A stretch of DNA of 32,000 bases, taken from an archaeon. GTDB lineage: Archaea > Iainarchaeota > Iainarchaeia > Iainarchaeales > 1-14-0-10-31-34. How positions within the stretch are numbered: position 1 is the first letter of the stretch; each line of letters begins with the position of its first letter. The notes beneath the pieces were generated by a model, which did no database searches, was not told where the DNA came from, and saw only the letters and a program-made list of their open reading frames with translations. Positions 9,449-17,449 of the stretch are shown piece after piece. A program made the translations under genes and the position numbers. The DNA lies in assembly GCA_024277355.1 (NCBI GenBank), contig JAJRVL010000004.1:390001-422000 (forward strand), read 5' to 3'.

Positions 9449-10048
9449 TTAAGATTTTCTGTTATTGCTTCTTCTGCTTGGCCTGTTTTTATCAGTTGTT
9501 TTTTTTCTGGATTTTAATCCACGTGATTTTTTGCCTTGAGAAGTTAAACCTCTTTCAGCTCTTCCAGCATGCTGTTTTTCTGTCATCCATTTCAAGTTTT
9601 TATCTGACTTGATTTCAGATGCATTAACATCAACTAAAATTACTTCATAATATTTATTTTTTCCGTCTTCGCCAATCCAATAAGAATTCAATACTTCACA
9701 ATTAGAATACTTTTTTGACGCCCTGTTTTCTGCAATAACCTGAATGCTTTTTCTTCTGGTTAATTTATTTAAACCCATTCTTTTAGGTTTTCTTCCTTTA
9801 ACAGGTCTTTTTTTTGTTCCAGAACCTTTTCTTACTCTGGCTCTTACAACAATAATTCCTTTTTTTGCTTTATAACCTAAAGTTCTGGCTCTAGGAATAT
9901 TTGTAGGTTTATTTAATTTTACTACTGAATCTTTTTCTTTCCTGAAAGAAATTAACCTCTCTTTATTCAGCTTATTGTAATCATAAGCTCCTTTTTCTCC
10001 GGCAAACTCTTTCTGAAATGTTTCTTTTACTAACTTAGTATAAGACAT
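9449..10048 (-). CDS. rpl15e: 50S ribosomal protein L15e
   Basis: 'IVVRARVRKGSGTKKRPVKGRKPKRMGLNKLTRRKSIQVIAENRASKKYSNCEVLNSYWIGEDGKNKYYEVILVD'. Start set at the internal ATG (MSYTK); the listed ORF uses GTG at 10057. Confidence 0.93.
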   Translation of the reverse strand: MSYTKLVKETFQKEFAGEKGAYDYNKLNKERLISFRKEKDSVVKLNKPTNIPRARTLGYKAKKGIIVVRARVRKGSGTKKRPVKGRKPKRMGLNKLTRRKSIQVIAENRASKKYSNCEVLNSYWIGEDGKNKYYEVILVDVNASEIKSDKNLKWMTEKQHAGRAERGLTSQGKKSRGLKSRKKTTDKNRPSRRSNNRKS

Positions 10049-10085
10049 TAAAATCACTCAAATAAAAAGAATGGTAAAAAAATAG

Positions 10086-10095
10086 TTTTTATACC
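10086..10095 (-). promoter_or_regulatory. TATA box (GGTATAAAAA on minus strand) for the L15e/exosome superoperon
   Basis: Reverse complement of 10086-10095 is GGTATAAAAA, about 40 nt upstream of the L15e start. Confidence 0.6.
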
Positions 10096-10178
10096 TTAAT
10101 TAATTCTTAACACAAGAGATTTTAAAGCTTTTGTTAAGACAACAAAAACATAAAAAAACAACACAACAAAAGATTTTA

Positions 10179-11090
10179 ATGGCTAAATGCGATAAATGCA
10201 GTAATCAATCAAAATTCTTTCTGCCTTACGGCCCGCATAAATACTGCAATAAACATTTTAATTCTTTTTTTGAAAAAAGATTTAAAAAAACAATAAGAAA
10301 ATACAAAATGCTTTCAAAAAACGAAGTAATTGTTGTTGGAGTTTCAGGAGGAAAAGATTCAATGGTGTTGCTTCATTTACTTGAAAAATTTTATTCAAAA
10401 GAACAAACAATTAAAGCTTTATCAATTGATGAAGGAATACCAAATTACAGAAATAAAGCAATCAAAGTTGCATTAAAAGAAATAAAAAAAAGAAACATTG
10501 AATTCAAATTAGTTTCATTCAAAAAAAAATTAGGCAAAACAATGGTTGACGTAATGAAAAAAACAGGAAGAAACAAAACAATTGGTTCAACTTGTTCTTA
10601 CTGCGGACCATTTAGAAGAAAATTATTAAATGAAACAGCAGTAGAAATGAATGCAACAAAAATAGCAACAGGACATAATTTAGATGATGAAGTTCAAAGC
10701 ATTGCAATGAATTTTTTTGACAATGACTTAAAAAGAATGGCCAGATTAGGAGCAATAACTAAAGGAAGCAAAGGATTTATTCCAAGAATTAAACCATTAT
10801 ATTTAGCTCCAGAAAAAGAAATTATAGCTTATGCTTCATTAAATAAAATAAATCATTTCAGTGAAGAATGCTGTCCTTTTTCCTGGCAGGCAAAAAGAAA
10901 TGCTTTCAGAACAATGCTAAATGAAATGGAAACAAAATTTCCCGGAACATTTTATTCAATTCTTTCATTTTTTGAAAACTTAAAGCCATCAATACAAAAA
11001 AAAGAAAAAACTACATTCTGTAAAAAATGCAACACTCTTTCATCAGGAACATTATGTTCTGCCTGCCTTAAACTTGAAAAAATCAATTAA
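10179..11090 (+). CDS. tRNA sulfurtransferase of the TtuA/Ncs6 (TtcA-like) family
   Basis: N-terminal zinc finger 'CDKCSNQSKFFLPYGPHKYCNKH', PP-loop 'VVGVSGGKDSMVLLHLL', 'CSYCGPFRRKLLNETA', 'GHNLDDEVQSIAMNF', C-terminal CxxC pair. Start moved from TTG 10131 to ATG 10179. Confidence 0.87.
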   Translation: MAKCDKCSNQSKFFLPYGPHKYCNKHFNSFFEKRFKKTIRKYKMLSKNEVIVVGVSGGKDSMVLLHLLEKFYSKEQTIKALSIDEGIPNYRNKAIKVALKEIKKRNIEFKLVSFKKKLGKTMVDVMKKTGRNKTIGSTCSYCGPFRRKLLNETAVEMNATKIATGHNLDDEVQSIAMNFFDNDLKRMARLGAITKGSKGFIPRIKPLYLAPEKEIIAYASLNKINHFSEECCPFSWQAKRNAFRTMLNEMETKFPGTFYSILSFFENLKPSIQKKEKTTFCKKCNTLSSGTLCSACLKLEKIN

Positions 11091-11204
11091 TACTCAATAA
11101 TAAAAAATTAACTTAACAGAAGTTTAATAGAAAATTAGTATTATTAGTTTTTGCAAGACAAAAACCGTTTTTGATACAACATTTGCTAAAAAAGGTTTTT
11201 TGAT

Positions 11205-11228
11205 CAAACTTTTTTTGAAAAAAGTTTG
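11205..11228. repeat. Perfect 11-bp inverted repeat directly upstream of tRNA-Val
   Basis: CAAACTTTTTT-TG-AAAAAAGTTTG, ending 1 nt before the tRNA 5' end. Confidence 0.8.
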
Positions 11229-11229
11229 T

Positions 11230-11301
11230 GGACCTGTGGTCTAGTGGTATGACATCTGCTTGACGTGCAGAAGACTGGCGGTCCGATTCCGCCCAGGTCC
11301 A
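11230..11301 (+). tRNA. tRNA-Val (anticodon GAC)
   Basis: Cloverleaf: acceptor GGACCTG/CAGGTCC, D arm GTC-TAGTGGTAT-GAC, anticodon arm TCTGC-TTGACGT-GCAGA, T arm GGCGG-TCCGATT-CCGCC, discriminator A. Confidence 0.9.
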
Positions 11302-11446
11302 TACTCGCTTCCGTGCGAGTGGAACGGTGCAAGACATTCGCTTCGCTCAGTCTAGCTGTAATAAAAAAACAGCAGCACTGAAAGTGGTGCACCGTACTAA
11401 ACTGACGGAACAGTTTATCTGATGCCTCTTACTGCGGCATTTTTTG
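11302..11446 (+). ncRNA. Candidate structured RNA element downstream of tRNA-Val (family unknown)
   Basis: Locally GC-rich; 6-bp hairpin (11303-11320), 8-bp closing helix ACGGTGCA/TGCACCGT (11324-11331/11388-11395) enclosing three short hairpins, 7-bp hairpin TAAACTG/CAGTTTA, then ATGCC...GGCAT-TTTTT. Confidence 0.45.
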
Positions 11447-12707
11447 ATTTAAATGAAACTTTTCTTCCTTTAATTGGTTTTTCTTTTTTTGAAGTAGCTT
11501 TCATTTGTTTTTTTGCTGTTTTTATTGCAGCTTGTTTTTCTTTTGCCTGCTTTAATTGATTTACTTCCTGCTTTAATGATTTTGCTTTCATTAAAGCTTC
11601 AATTTTTACTCCCATTTCTTTTGCAAAAGCTTTTTCAAAGTCATCTAATTCCTTCATTTTTGAATCAATTTCTTTAACTCTTTTATTTAATTCTTTTTCT
11701 TTTTCTTCAACCATTAAACTTAATTCTACTTTTTCTTCTTTTATTTCTTCAAGATTTTTTCTTATTGTTTTAATAAAATGCTCTTTAAATACATCTAATT
11801 CCTCTACTTTTTGAGTTAATTCTTTTAGATTAGTATTTTTTATTACTTGTTTCTGGAAAACTTCAAGTTCTTTTTTTCTTTGTGCTGCTATTTCTTCTAA
11901 TTGTTCTTCTGAGTTAGCTGCAGATTCAGCTAACTGGCTTGCAATAAATTTTTTTAATTCAACTTTAGTGTTTTCTAATTCCTGTATTGTTTCATCAACT
12001 TCTTTCTGCAAGCTTATTCTAAATGCCTGCATCTGCATATTCATTTTTTCTGCAAGTTTTTGTGCACTTGAATCAGCTTCAGCTTTTCTTTTTATTTCTT
12101 CAATTTCCTTTATTTTTAGTTTAATTACTTCATCAATTTCATTTTCTTTTTCTCGTATAATATTTGAAATTTTTACTTCAAAATCAGCTGAAAGTTTTTT
12201 TATGTTTTCTTCAGTTTTTTTTGGATTAATTGTTTTAGTTAATTCTTCAAAAGAATTAAGTTTTTTTGTTAAAGTGTTTGAAATCTGTTCAGTTTGTTTT
12301 TTTGTTATTTCCTGAACTTTTTTTTCTGCGTTATTTATTAATCCTTCAGTTATTTTTGATTCTAATTCCAAAGCTTTATTTACTCTGCCGTCTAATTCTT
12401 CAATTTGTTTTGCTGAATCAAACATAAATTGTTTTGATTCATTCTTTAATTCTTCCATTTCATTTTTTAATGCTTTAACTAAATTCATTTTAGATGATTC
12501 TACTTCACTTAATTTAGTTTTTATTTCTGCTAAAACTCTTTCGTCTTCTTTTTCTTTTTCTTCGGTTTTTTTGCTTGCTTCAGAAACAGAAATTTTTAAG
12601 TCTTTTAAAGCAGTAATTTTTGCGTTAAGCTGGGAAAATAATTCTTTTGATTTTTCATTTAAAGAAGAATCAATTTTTTCAGTTAATAATTCTCTTTGAG
12701 ATTCCAT
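11415..12707 (-). CDS. Coiled-coil protein, C-terminal part of an interrupted gene
   Basis: 430-aa heptad-rich ORF; frame stays open another 77 codons upstream to the TAA at 12939-12941. Confidence 0.7.
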   Translation of the reverse strand: MESQRELLTEKIDSSLNEKSKELFSQLNAKITALKDLKISVSEASKKTEEKEKEDERVLAEIKTKLSEVESSKMNLVKALKNEMEELKNESKQFMFDSAKQIEELDGRVNKALELESKITEGLINNAEKKVQEITKKQTEQISNTLTKKLNSFEELTKTINPKKTEENIKKLSADFEVKISNIIREKENEIDEVIKLKIKEIEEIKRKAEADSSAQKLAEKMNMQMQAFRISLQKEVDETIQELENTKVELKKFIASQLAESAANSEEQLEEIAAQRKKELEVFQKQVIKNTNLKELTQKVEELDVFKEHFIKTIRKNLEEIKEEKVELSLMVEEKEKELNKRVKEIDSKMKELDDFEKAFAKEMGVKIEALMKAKSLKQEVNQLKQAKEKQAAIKTAKKQMKATSKKEKPIKGRKVSFKSKNAAVRGIR

Positions 12708-12924
12708 TAAAATCTGAATTTTTTTTGATTCTTTTCCTAATTCTTCCTGAACTTTTGAGTTAATTATCTCATTTATATTATCTCTTATTCTTTCAACTTC
12801 ATCTAATCTTTCATTAACAACCGTTAAAACTCCTTTTTCCCAGACTTCTTTTTCTCCTGCATGAAGTTTTACTTTTGTTTTTTGCTCAAGCTTTTGTTTT
12901 GATAAATCTTTTTCTAAAAGATTT

Positions 12925-13090
12925 AAAGGTTGTTTTGCTTATTCTTTAACTTCTTTTTTAATTTCTTTAATTTCTTCTTTAATTTCTTGTTTTGCTTTTT
13001 CTTCTTCAAGTTTTATTTCTTTTTTTGGTTCAGTTTTTGTTTCCGCTGTTTTTTGTTCGGACTTTTTTTCCAAAAAAGGTTGTTTTGCTT
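12925..13090. repeat. 16-nt exact direct repeat pair (AAAGGTTGTTTTGCTT at 12925-12940 and 13075-13090)
   Basis: Read directly; 150-nt spacing start to start (exactly 50 codons), both copies in the same reading frame. Confidence 0.9.
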
Positions 13091-13220
13091 CTCTTAACAG
13101 AATTTTTGCTTCTGTTTTGTCTATTCCAACTTCACTTAAATTAGATAATATTTCATCGTCTGAAACACTTAATGAAAGTAATTTTTTAATGCTTGAAATT
13201 AAAGTTTCTTTATCTGCCAT
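12939..13220 (-). CDS. N-terminal helical (UBA-like) domain plus K/E-rich tail; in frame with the downstream coiled-coil ORF, separated by TAA
   Basis: MADKETLISSIKKLLSLSVSDDEILSNLSEVGIDKTEAKILLREAKQ... The listed ORF starts at GTG 13229; ATG is at 13220. Confidence 0.55.
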   Translation of the reverse strand: MADKETLISSIKKLLSLSVSDDEILSNLSEVGIDKTEAKILLREAKQPFLEKKSEQKTAETKTEPKKEIKLEEEKAKQEIKEEIKEIKKEVKE

Positions 13221-13296
13221 AATTCTCACTTGAACTAAAAAATATAACGGTTATAAAATAAAAAGATAACTGAAAGAATATATTGAGTTTATTGCA

Positions 13297-13348
13297 GTAC
13301 TATCGCAAGATAGTACATCGTCATTAAGGGGCGAAACCATTAATGGAC
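13297..13348. repeat. Two hairpins at the 3' side of tRNA-Ala
   Basis: GTACTATC-GCAA-GATAGTAC (8-bp perfect stem, 13297-13316) and CATTAAGG-GGCGAAA-CC(A)TTAATG (13325-13348). Confidence 0.7.
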
Positions 13349-13419
13349 TCTGCGGGACTTGAACCCGCGGCCTCCCGATTGCCAACCGAGCGATCTACCA
13401 ACTGATCTAAGAGCCCGAT
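13347..13419 (-). tRNA. tRNA-Ala (anticodon GGC)
   Basis: GGGCTCT TA GATC AGTTGGTA GATC G CTCGG TTGGCAA TCGGG AGGCC GCGGG TTCAAGT CCCGC AGAGTCC A; G3:U70 alanine identity pair present. Confidence 0.95.
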
Positions 13420-13487
13420 AAATAATTAAATTAAATAAAAAGATTAAAAATAGATTTTTTATTGAATAAAGTCTTTTAAAAAAAAAT

Positions 13488-13706
13488 TTAAGGCGCAATG
13501 TAAATTACTGTGTCGCCTCTAATGATTATTTTGCTGTATTTTTTTTTGGTTTCGCCTTCTAATAATTCTTCTGCGTTTTCTAATACAACATTCATATGAA
13601 CATCAAATGCTTTTAGTGTTCCTCTAAAACTTAAGCTTCCTTTAGTTACAACTAAAACTTCTTTTCCTACTGACTCGTTTAATAAATCAAATGGTCTGCT
13701 TGTCAT
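13488..13706 (-). CDS. Archaeal Sm-like (LSm) protein
   Basis: 72 aa; 'RPFDLLNESVGKEVLVVTKGSLSFRGTLKAFDVHMNVVLENAEE' and 'IIIRGDTVIYIAP'. Confidence 0.93.
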   Translation of the reverse strand: MTSRPFDLLNESVGKEVLVVTKGSLSFRGTLKAFDVHMNVVLENAEELLEGETKKKYSKIIIRGDTVIYIAP

Positions 13707-13710
13707 AAAA

Positions 13711-14604
13711 TCACTCTTCTATTTCAATACTGTCCTCACTTATTTCAGGCACTTCATCAAAAGTTTCTTTTGCTTCTGTTTTTTTTGTTTTGGTTTCTTT
13801 TTTCTTTGAAGAAGGCTTCCTTTTAAAGATAGCAAACAATTTATTTAAAAAACTTATTATGGGATTTTGTTTTTTGATTTTAATTGTTGTTGCAACTCCA
13901 GTTAATTTTTCTGCAATCTGATTAATTGATTCAACTGCTTTTGAATTAGGTTTAAATAAAATTGTAGGCATAATTTTTTCTCTCATAAAAGATTTTCTTA
14001 TATCTTCATCATAAGGAACTAAACCATAAATTGGCAGTTCAAGCATTTTCATTATATCATCAGGAAAAACTTCTCCTTTTTCGTTTCTAACAAAATTAAC
14101 TATTAAACCAATTGGCTTTGCGCCTAATCTTTCAGCTACAATTTTTGTTTTTAATACATCAGCAATTGAAGGAGAAACAGGCATTGTAACTAATAATACG
14201 TTATCTGAAGCACTTAAAGCAGACATTACATTGGTTTCAATTCCAGCAGGAGCATCTAATAAAACATAATCAAAATCTTCTTTGACTGAAGCAATTACTC
14301 CTGCTAATCTTGCTGAATCCACTCTACGATAACTTTCAAAACTTAAACCTGAAGGAACAAAAGAAATCCCTCCTGGACCGTCATAAATTGCATCTTGTAA
14401 AGAGCTCTCCCCTAATAAAACATCATGCAGTGTTATTGGAGAAGACTGCATTCCTAATAATAAACTTAAATTAGCCATTGCTATATCTGCATCAACTAAT
14501 AAAACTTTTTTTCCTCTTTGAGCTAAAGCTATGCCTAAATTTGCTGTAATTGTTGTTTTTCCTACTCCACCTTTTCCTGACGCCAAAGCATAAACTGTTC
14601 CCAT
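13711..14604 (-). CDS. minD: MinD/ParA-family ATPase
   Basis: 297 aa; deviant Walker A 'ASGKGGVGKTTITANLG', 'VLLVDADIAMANLSLLLG', 'DYVLLDAPAGIE'. Confidence 0.92.
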   Translation of the reverse strand: MGTVYALASGKGGVGKTTITANLGIALAQRGKKVLLVDADIAMANLSLLLGMQSSPITLHDVLLGESSLQDAIYDGPGGISFVPSGLSFESYRRVDSARLAGVIASVKEDFDYVLLDAPAGIETNVMSALSASDNVLLVTMPVSPSIADVLKTKIVAERLGAKPIGLIVNFVRNEKGEVFPDDIMKMLELPIYGLVPYDEDIRKSFMREKIMPTILFKPNSKAVESINQIAEKLTGVATTIKIKKQNPIISFLNKLFAIFKRKPSSKKKETKTKKTEAKETFDEVPEISEDSIEIEE

Positions 14605-14647
14605 AAATTATTCACTTTTTAATATAACTAAAAGAAATTGTTTGTTA

Positions 14648-15100
14648 TTAAAAGCTTTTTCCTTTAGATAACCTGTCTTCTACTTCTTTTGCTAAAGCAT
14701 TAAATTCAATTGTTGAAAGTGAAGCAGGCGCCCTTACAATAAAAACTTTATTTTTATAAGGCATAATCATATACCATTCATTTGATTTAATTAAAATTGT
14801 TTCAGATCTAGGTATTTCAGATTTAATGTAATTAAACATTGCTGTTCCTGTTATAGCTTCTTTTAAGCTGTTGCCGTTTGCAGTTGAAGCAATAACTGAA
14901 CCATTTTTGCTTGCAACACAAATATTGTCAACTAAATGCTTTTTCTTTAATAAACCTAATAATTTTTTTAAGTCAGTAGTATTAATATTAAAATTATGTT
15001 TTGAAAGAATCTCTGAAATTTCAGTTAACTGTGTCTGAGGAATTCTAGTATTATCTAATCCAAGTAATTTTTGAGCAAAATTTTTAATTGTGTTTGTCAT
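14648..15100 (-). CDS. Roadblock/LC7-like protein (tentative)
   Basis: 150 aa; C-terminal 'NICVASKNGSVIASTANGN...GTAMFNYIKSEIPRSETILIKSNEWYMIMPYKNKVFIVRAPA' resembles the LC7 fold pattern. Confidence 0.5.
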   Translation of the reverse strand: MTNTIKNFAQKLLGLDNTRIPQTQLTEISEILSKHNFNINTTDLKKLLGLLKKKHLVDNICVASKNGSVIASTANGNSLKEAITGTAMFNYIKSEIPRSETILIKSNEWYMIMPYKNKVFIVRAPASLSTIEFNALAKEVEDRLSKGKSF

Positions 15101-15152
15101 AAAAAAAACCTAATATCAAAGAAGTGACTAACAATGTTTTTATTGCTTTTTG

Positions 15153-15644
15153 TTAACCCATCTCTCCTAAACCTAATTTCTTCATTATTTCATCTCTTTT
15201 GCTTGAAGACTTTAACACCATAGACAAAACTTTTCTTGCATAACTTGGATTAAAAGTTTTGTGAGTTAATTTTTTTATGTCACTTGGAGAAACATCAACA
15301 TTTAATCTTATTTTTGGGTTAACTGCAATAGTTAATTCTGCGTCAGTTGAACGGAAAGAAATTACATCAAAAACTCCTTGTTCTGCTGAACCAGCATTAA
15401 ATACCTGTGCAATAGCAGAATTACCATTAACTACAACTCCATATTTTAAGTAGTCATAAGAACAGGCAATTATTTTTCCTTCTCTGAAAATTAAAGTTCC
15501 TTCCTCTAAACCATCAAATCCTTCAATTGTAAGATTAACATAACCATTAAACTTTTTTTTAATTAAAGAAACAATTTTTTCACTAAAAGCCGACTGTTTT
15601 AAGCTTATTGTTTGTTCAACTACTCTTCCTTCAACTAACTGCAT
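15153..15644 (-). CDS. DUF2226-like archaeal protein (tentative)
   Basis: 163 aa; 'GTLIFREGKIIACSYDYLKYG...GNSAIAQVFNA' followed by a short helical C-terminus. Confidence 0.5.
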   Translation of the reverse strand: MQLVEGRVVEQTISLKQSAFSEKIVSLIKKKFNGYVNLTIEGFDGLEEGTLIFREGKIIACSYDYLKYGVVVNGNSAIAQVFNAGSAEQGVFDVISFRSTDAELTIAVNPKIRLNVDVSPSDIKKLTHKTFNPSYARKVLSMVLKSSSKRDEIMKKLGLGEMG

Positions 15645-15647
15645 TTT

Positions 15648-16130
15648 TTATCCCTTTTTTTTTCCTAAAACAATTACATGATCTGCTGTGTTTTTTAATG
15701 CTGCAGCAGAAGCTTCTTCAGCTAAAACAACTATTGTATCTTTGCCGTATCTTTTTGCTTTTACAAGAACAGGCAAAAAATCAGAATCCCTTGTAACAAA
15801 AGCAATTGAATCAATTGAATTATTAAAAATTGTTTCTGTTGCATCAACCGCCATAAAAACATCAACATCCCCGACAGTAATAATTGGTTCAAATCCCTGA
15901 TTAACTACTGCTTCAATTAATTTATCTGATGCATATTGATTCAAAAAAACTTTTCCTATTTTAATAATTCCAAAAGCACTTAAAGATTTTTTTATTTCGT
16001 CTAAATCAACATTTAATTCTTTTCTTAAAATATTAGGGCCGTCAACAAAAACAGCAATACTTTTTTCAGTTTTTGCTGAACTCTTTTTTCCAAACAAATT
16101 ATCCAAAAACATTGTCAACCCCAAAAACAA
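15648..16130 (-). CDS. NYN-domain (PIN-like) putative ribonuclease
   Basis: 160 aa; 'SIAVFVDGPNILRKE', 'DVDVFMAVDATETIFNNSIDSIAFVTRDSDFLPVLVKAKRYGKDTIVV'. Confidence 0.88.
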   Translation of the reverse strand: MFLGLTMFLDNLFGKKSSAKTEKSIAVFVDGPNILRKELNVDLDEIKKSLSAFGIIKIGKVFLNQYASDKLIEAVVNQGFEPIITVGDVDVFMAVDATETIFNNSIDSIAFVTRDSDFLPVLVKAKRYGKDTIVVLAEEASAAALKNTADHVIVLGKKKG

Positions 16131-16218
16131 TATATATCTTTATACACTTAATTAAAATGACAGGATAAAATTAATAAGATATCATTACTATTGATTTTAA
16201 ACAAAAAAAGGTGATTTT

Positions 16219-16614
16219 TTGGAAAAAAAATTTGTTAAAATAAGCCAATTAAAAGAAAACAGTTATGTATTGATTGATGATGTTGTATGCAGAATAAACA
16301 CAATAGATAAGTCAAAACCAGGAAAACATGGTTCTACTAAAGCAAGAATTACTGCAACTGGAGTTTTTCAAAACACAAAAAAAGGATTACTACAGCCTAC
16401 TTCAGCTGACGCACAAGTTCCAATAATAGAAAAAGGAACAGCACAAGTTGTAGCAGTAATGGGAAATTTACTTCAATTAATGGATACAACAACTTATGTT
16501 AGTTTTACTTCAGACATTCCGGAAGGATTAAAAGGATTAAAATCAGGAGATGAAGTAGAATACATGAAATACGGGGAAAGCGCAAAAGTTTTAAGGAAAA
16601 AAGTAACAGAATAA
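16219..16614 (+). CDS. eif5a: Translation initiation factor 5A
   Basis: 131 aa; hypusination loop 'DKSKPGKHGSTKARITATGVF'. TTG start preceded by AGGTGA. Confidence 0.93.
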   Translation: MEKKFVKISQLKENSYVLIDDVVCRINTIDKSKPGKHGSTKARITATGVFQNTKKGLLQPTSADAQVPIIEKGTAQVVAVMGNLLQLMDTTTYVSFTSDIPEGLKGLKSGDEVEYMKYGESAKVLRKKVTE

Positions 16615-17349
16615 TTACTTTTCCTTGGCTTGATTCCATAACAGATTAAATTGTTTTCTGTAAGAGTCAGCTACTTTTTTATTTTCAATTAAAATATAAT
16701 AATTAGGGTTGCCCCATAAAAAAATTCCTACTTTATCTGCATAAACTTCAAAAGCAACATTGCCAAAAACTTCTTTTGGCAAAAACCTTACTTTTGTTAC
16801 AGTTTTAGGATAAAATGGCAAAAAAGCTTGTTTATGCATTATCATTCTTTCTTTTATTTTAAGCCGTTTAGCTCTTGCAAAATACTGATCAAGATAAGTC
16901 ATAAAATGAGGATCGGCTTTAGATAAAAAAGCATCATCAAAACCAAAAATTAATACTTCTTCATTTTTTTTTAATGAAGCAGTTACATCTAACAGCAAAG
17001 TTTTGTAAACAAATCTTCCTTTGTATAATTCAACTTTAATTTCTTCTTCTGAAATTTTCTGGAACGCCTCAAGTTTTGGAACAAGCTCCTGAATTCTTTC
17101 AAGCCTTGATTCAGCCATTTCAATAAGCCTTTTAGGAGAAGCAGCAGTAAAATTTTTTTTTCCTTCAATTAAAACAGAGGAAACAATTTCCTTCTCCATT
17201 AATCTTTCTAAAGCATCATAAATATAAGAACGGGAAAAACCAGTTTTTTTAACGATTAAATGAGGCGAAGAAGTTCCAAGTTTAAGTAAAACCAAATAGA
17301 TCTTTATTTCATTTTCAGTTAAGCCAAATTCTTTTAATTCCTGATCCAT
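16615..17349 (-). CDS. TrmB-family transcriptional regulator
   Basis: 244 aa; N-terminal wHTH 'LTENEIKIYLVLLKLGTSSPHLIVKKTGFSRSYIYDALERLMEKEIV'. Confidence 0.88.
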   Translation of the reverse strand: MDQELKEFGLTENEIKIYLVLLKLGTSSPHLIVKKTGFSRSYIYDALERLMEKEIVSSVLIEGKKNFTAASPKRLIEMAESRLERIQELVPKLEAFQKISEEEIKVELYKGRFVYKTLLLDVTASLKKNEEVLIFGFDDAFLSKADPHFMTYLDQYFARAKRLKIKERMIMHKQAFLPFYPKTVTKVRFLPKEVFGNVAFEVYADKVGIFLWGNPNYYILIENKKVADSYRKQFNLLWNQAKEK

Positions 17350-17379
17350 AAAAACAATACAGCAAACACATATTTAATT

Positions 17380-17399
17380 GTCGTAGTTTGAACTACAAC
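17380..17399. promoter_or_regulatory. Operator candidate upstream of the TrmB-family regulator
   Basis: GTCGTAGTT-TG-AACTACAAC: 20-bp palindrome with one mismatched pair, 31-50 nt upstream of the start codon. Confidence 0.55.
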
Positions 17400-17449
17400 A
17401 GTTAAATAATACTCTTAAAAGCACTAATTTATACATAAAAGGTTTTGTT

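Noticed and set aside
11113-11392. Minus-strand ORFs 11113-11337 and 11204-11392
   Set aside because: They run antisense through tRNA-Val and the structured flank; no domain features. Spurious.
11302-11446. Assignment of the structured segment to RNase P RNA or SRP RNA
   Set aside because: No CR-I/CR-V (GAGGAAAGUCC, ACAGAA) or SRP domain IV (GGUCCGGAAGGAAGCAG-type) motifs seen, and it is too short.
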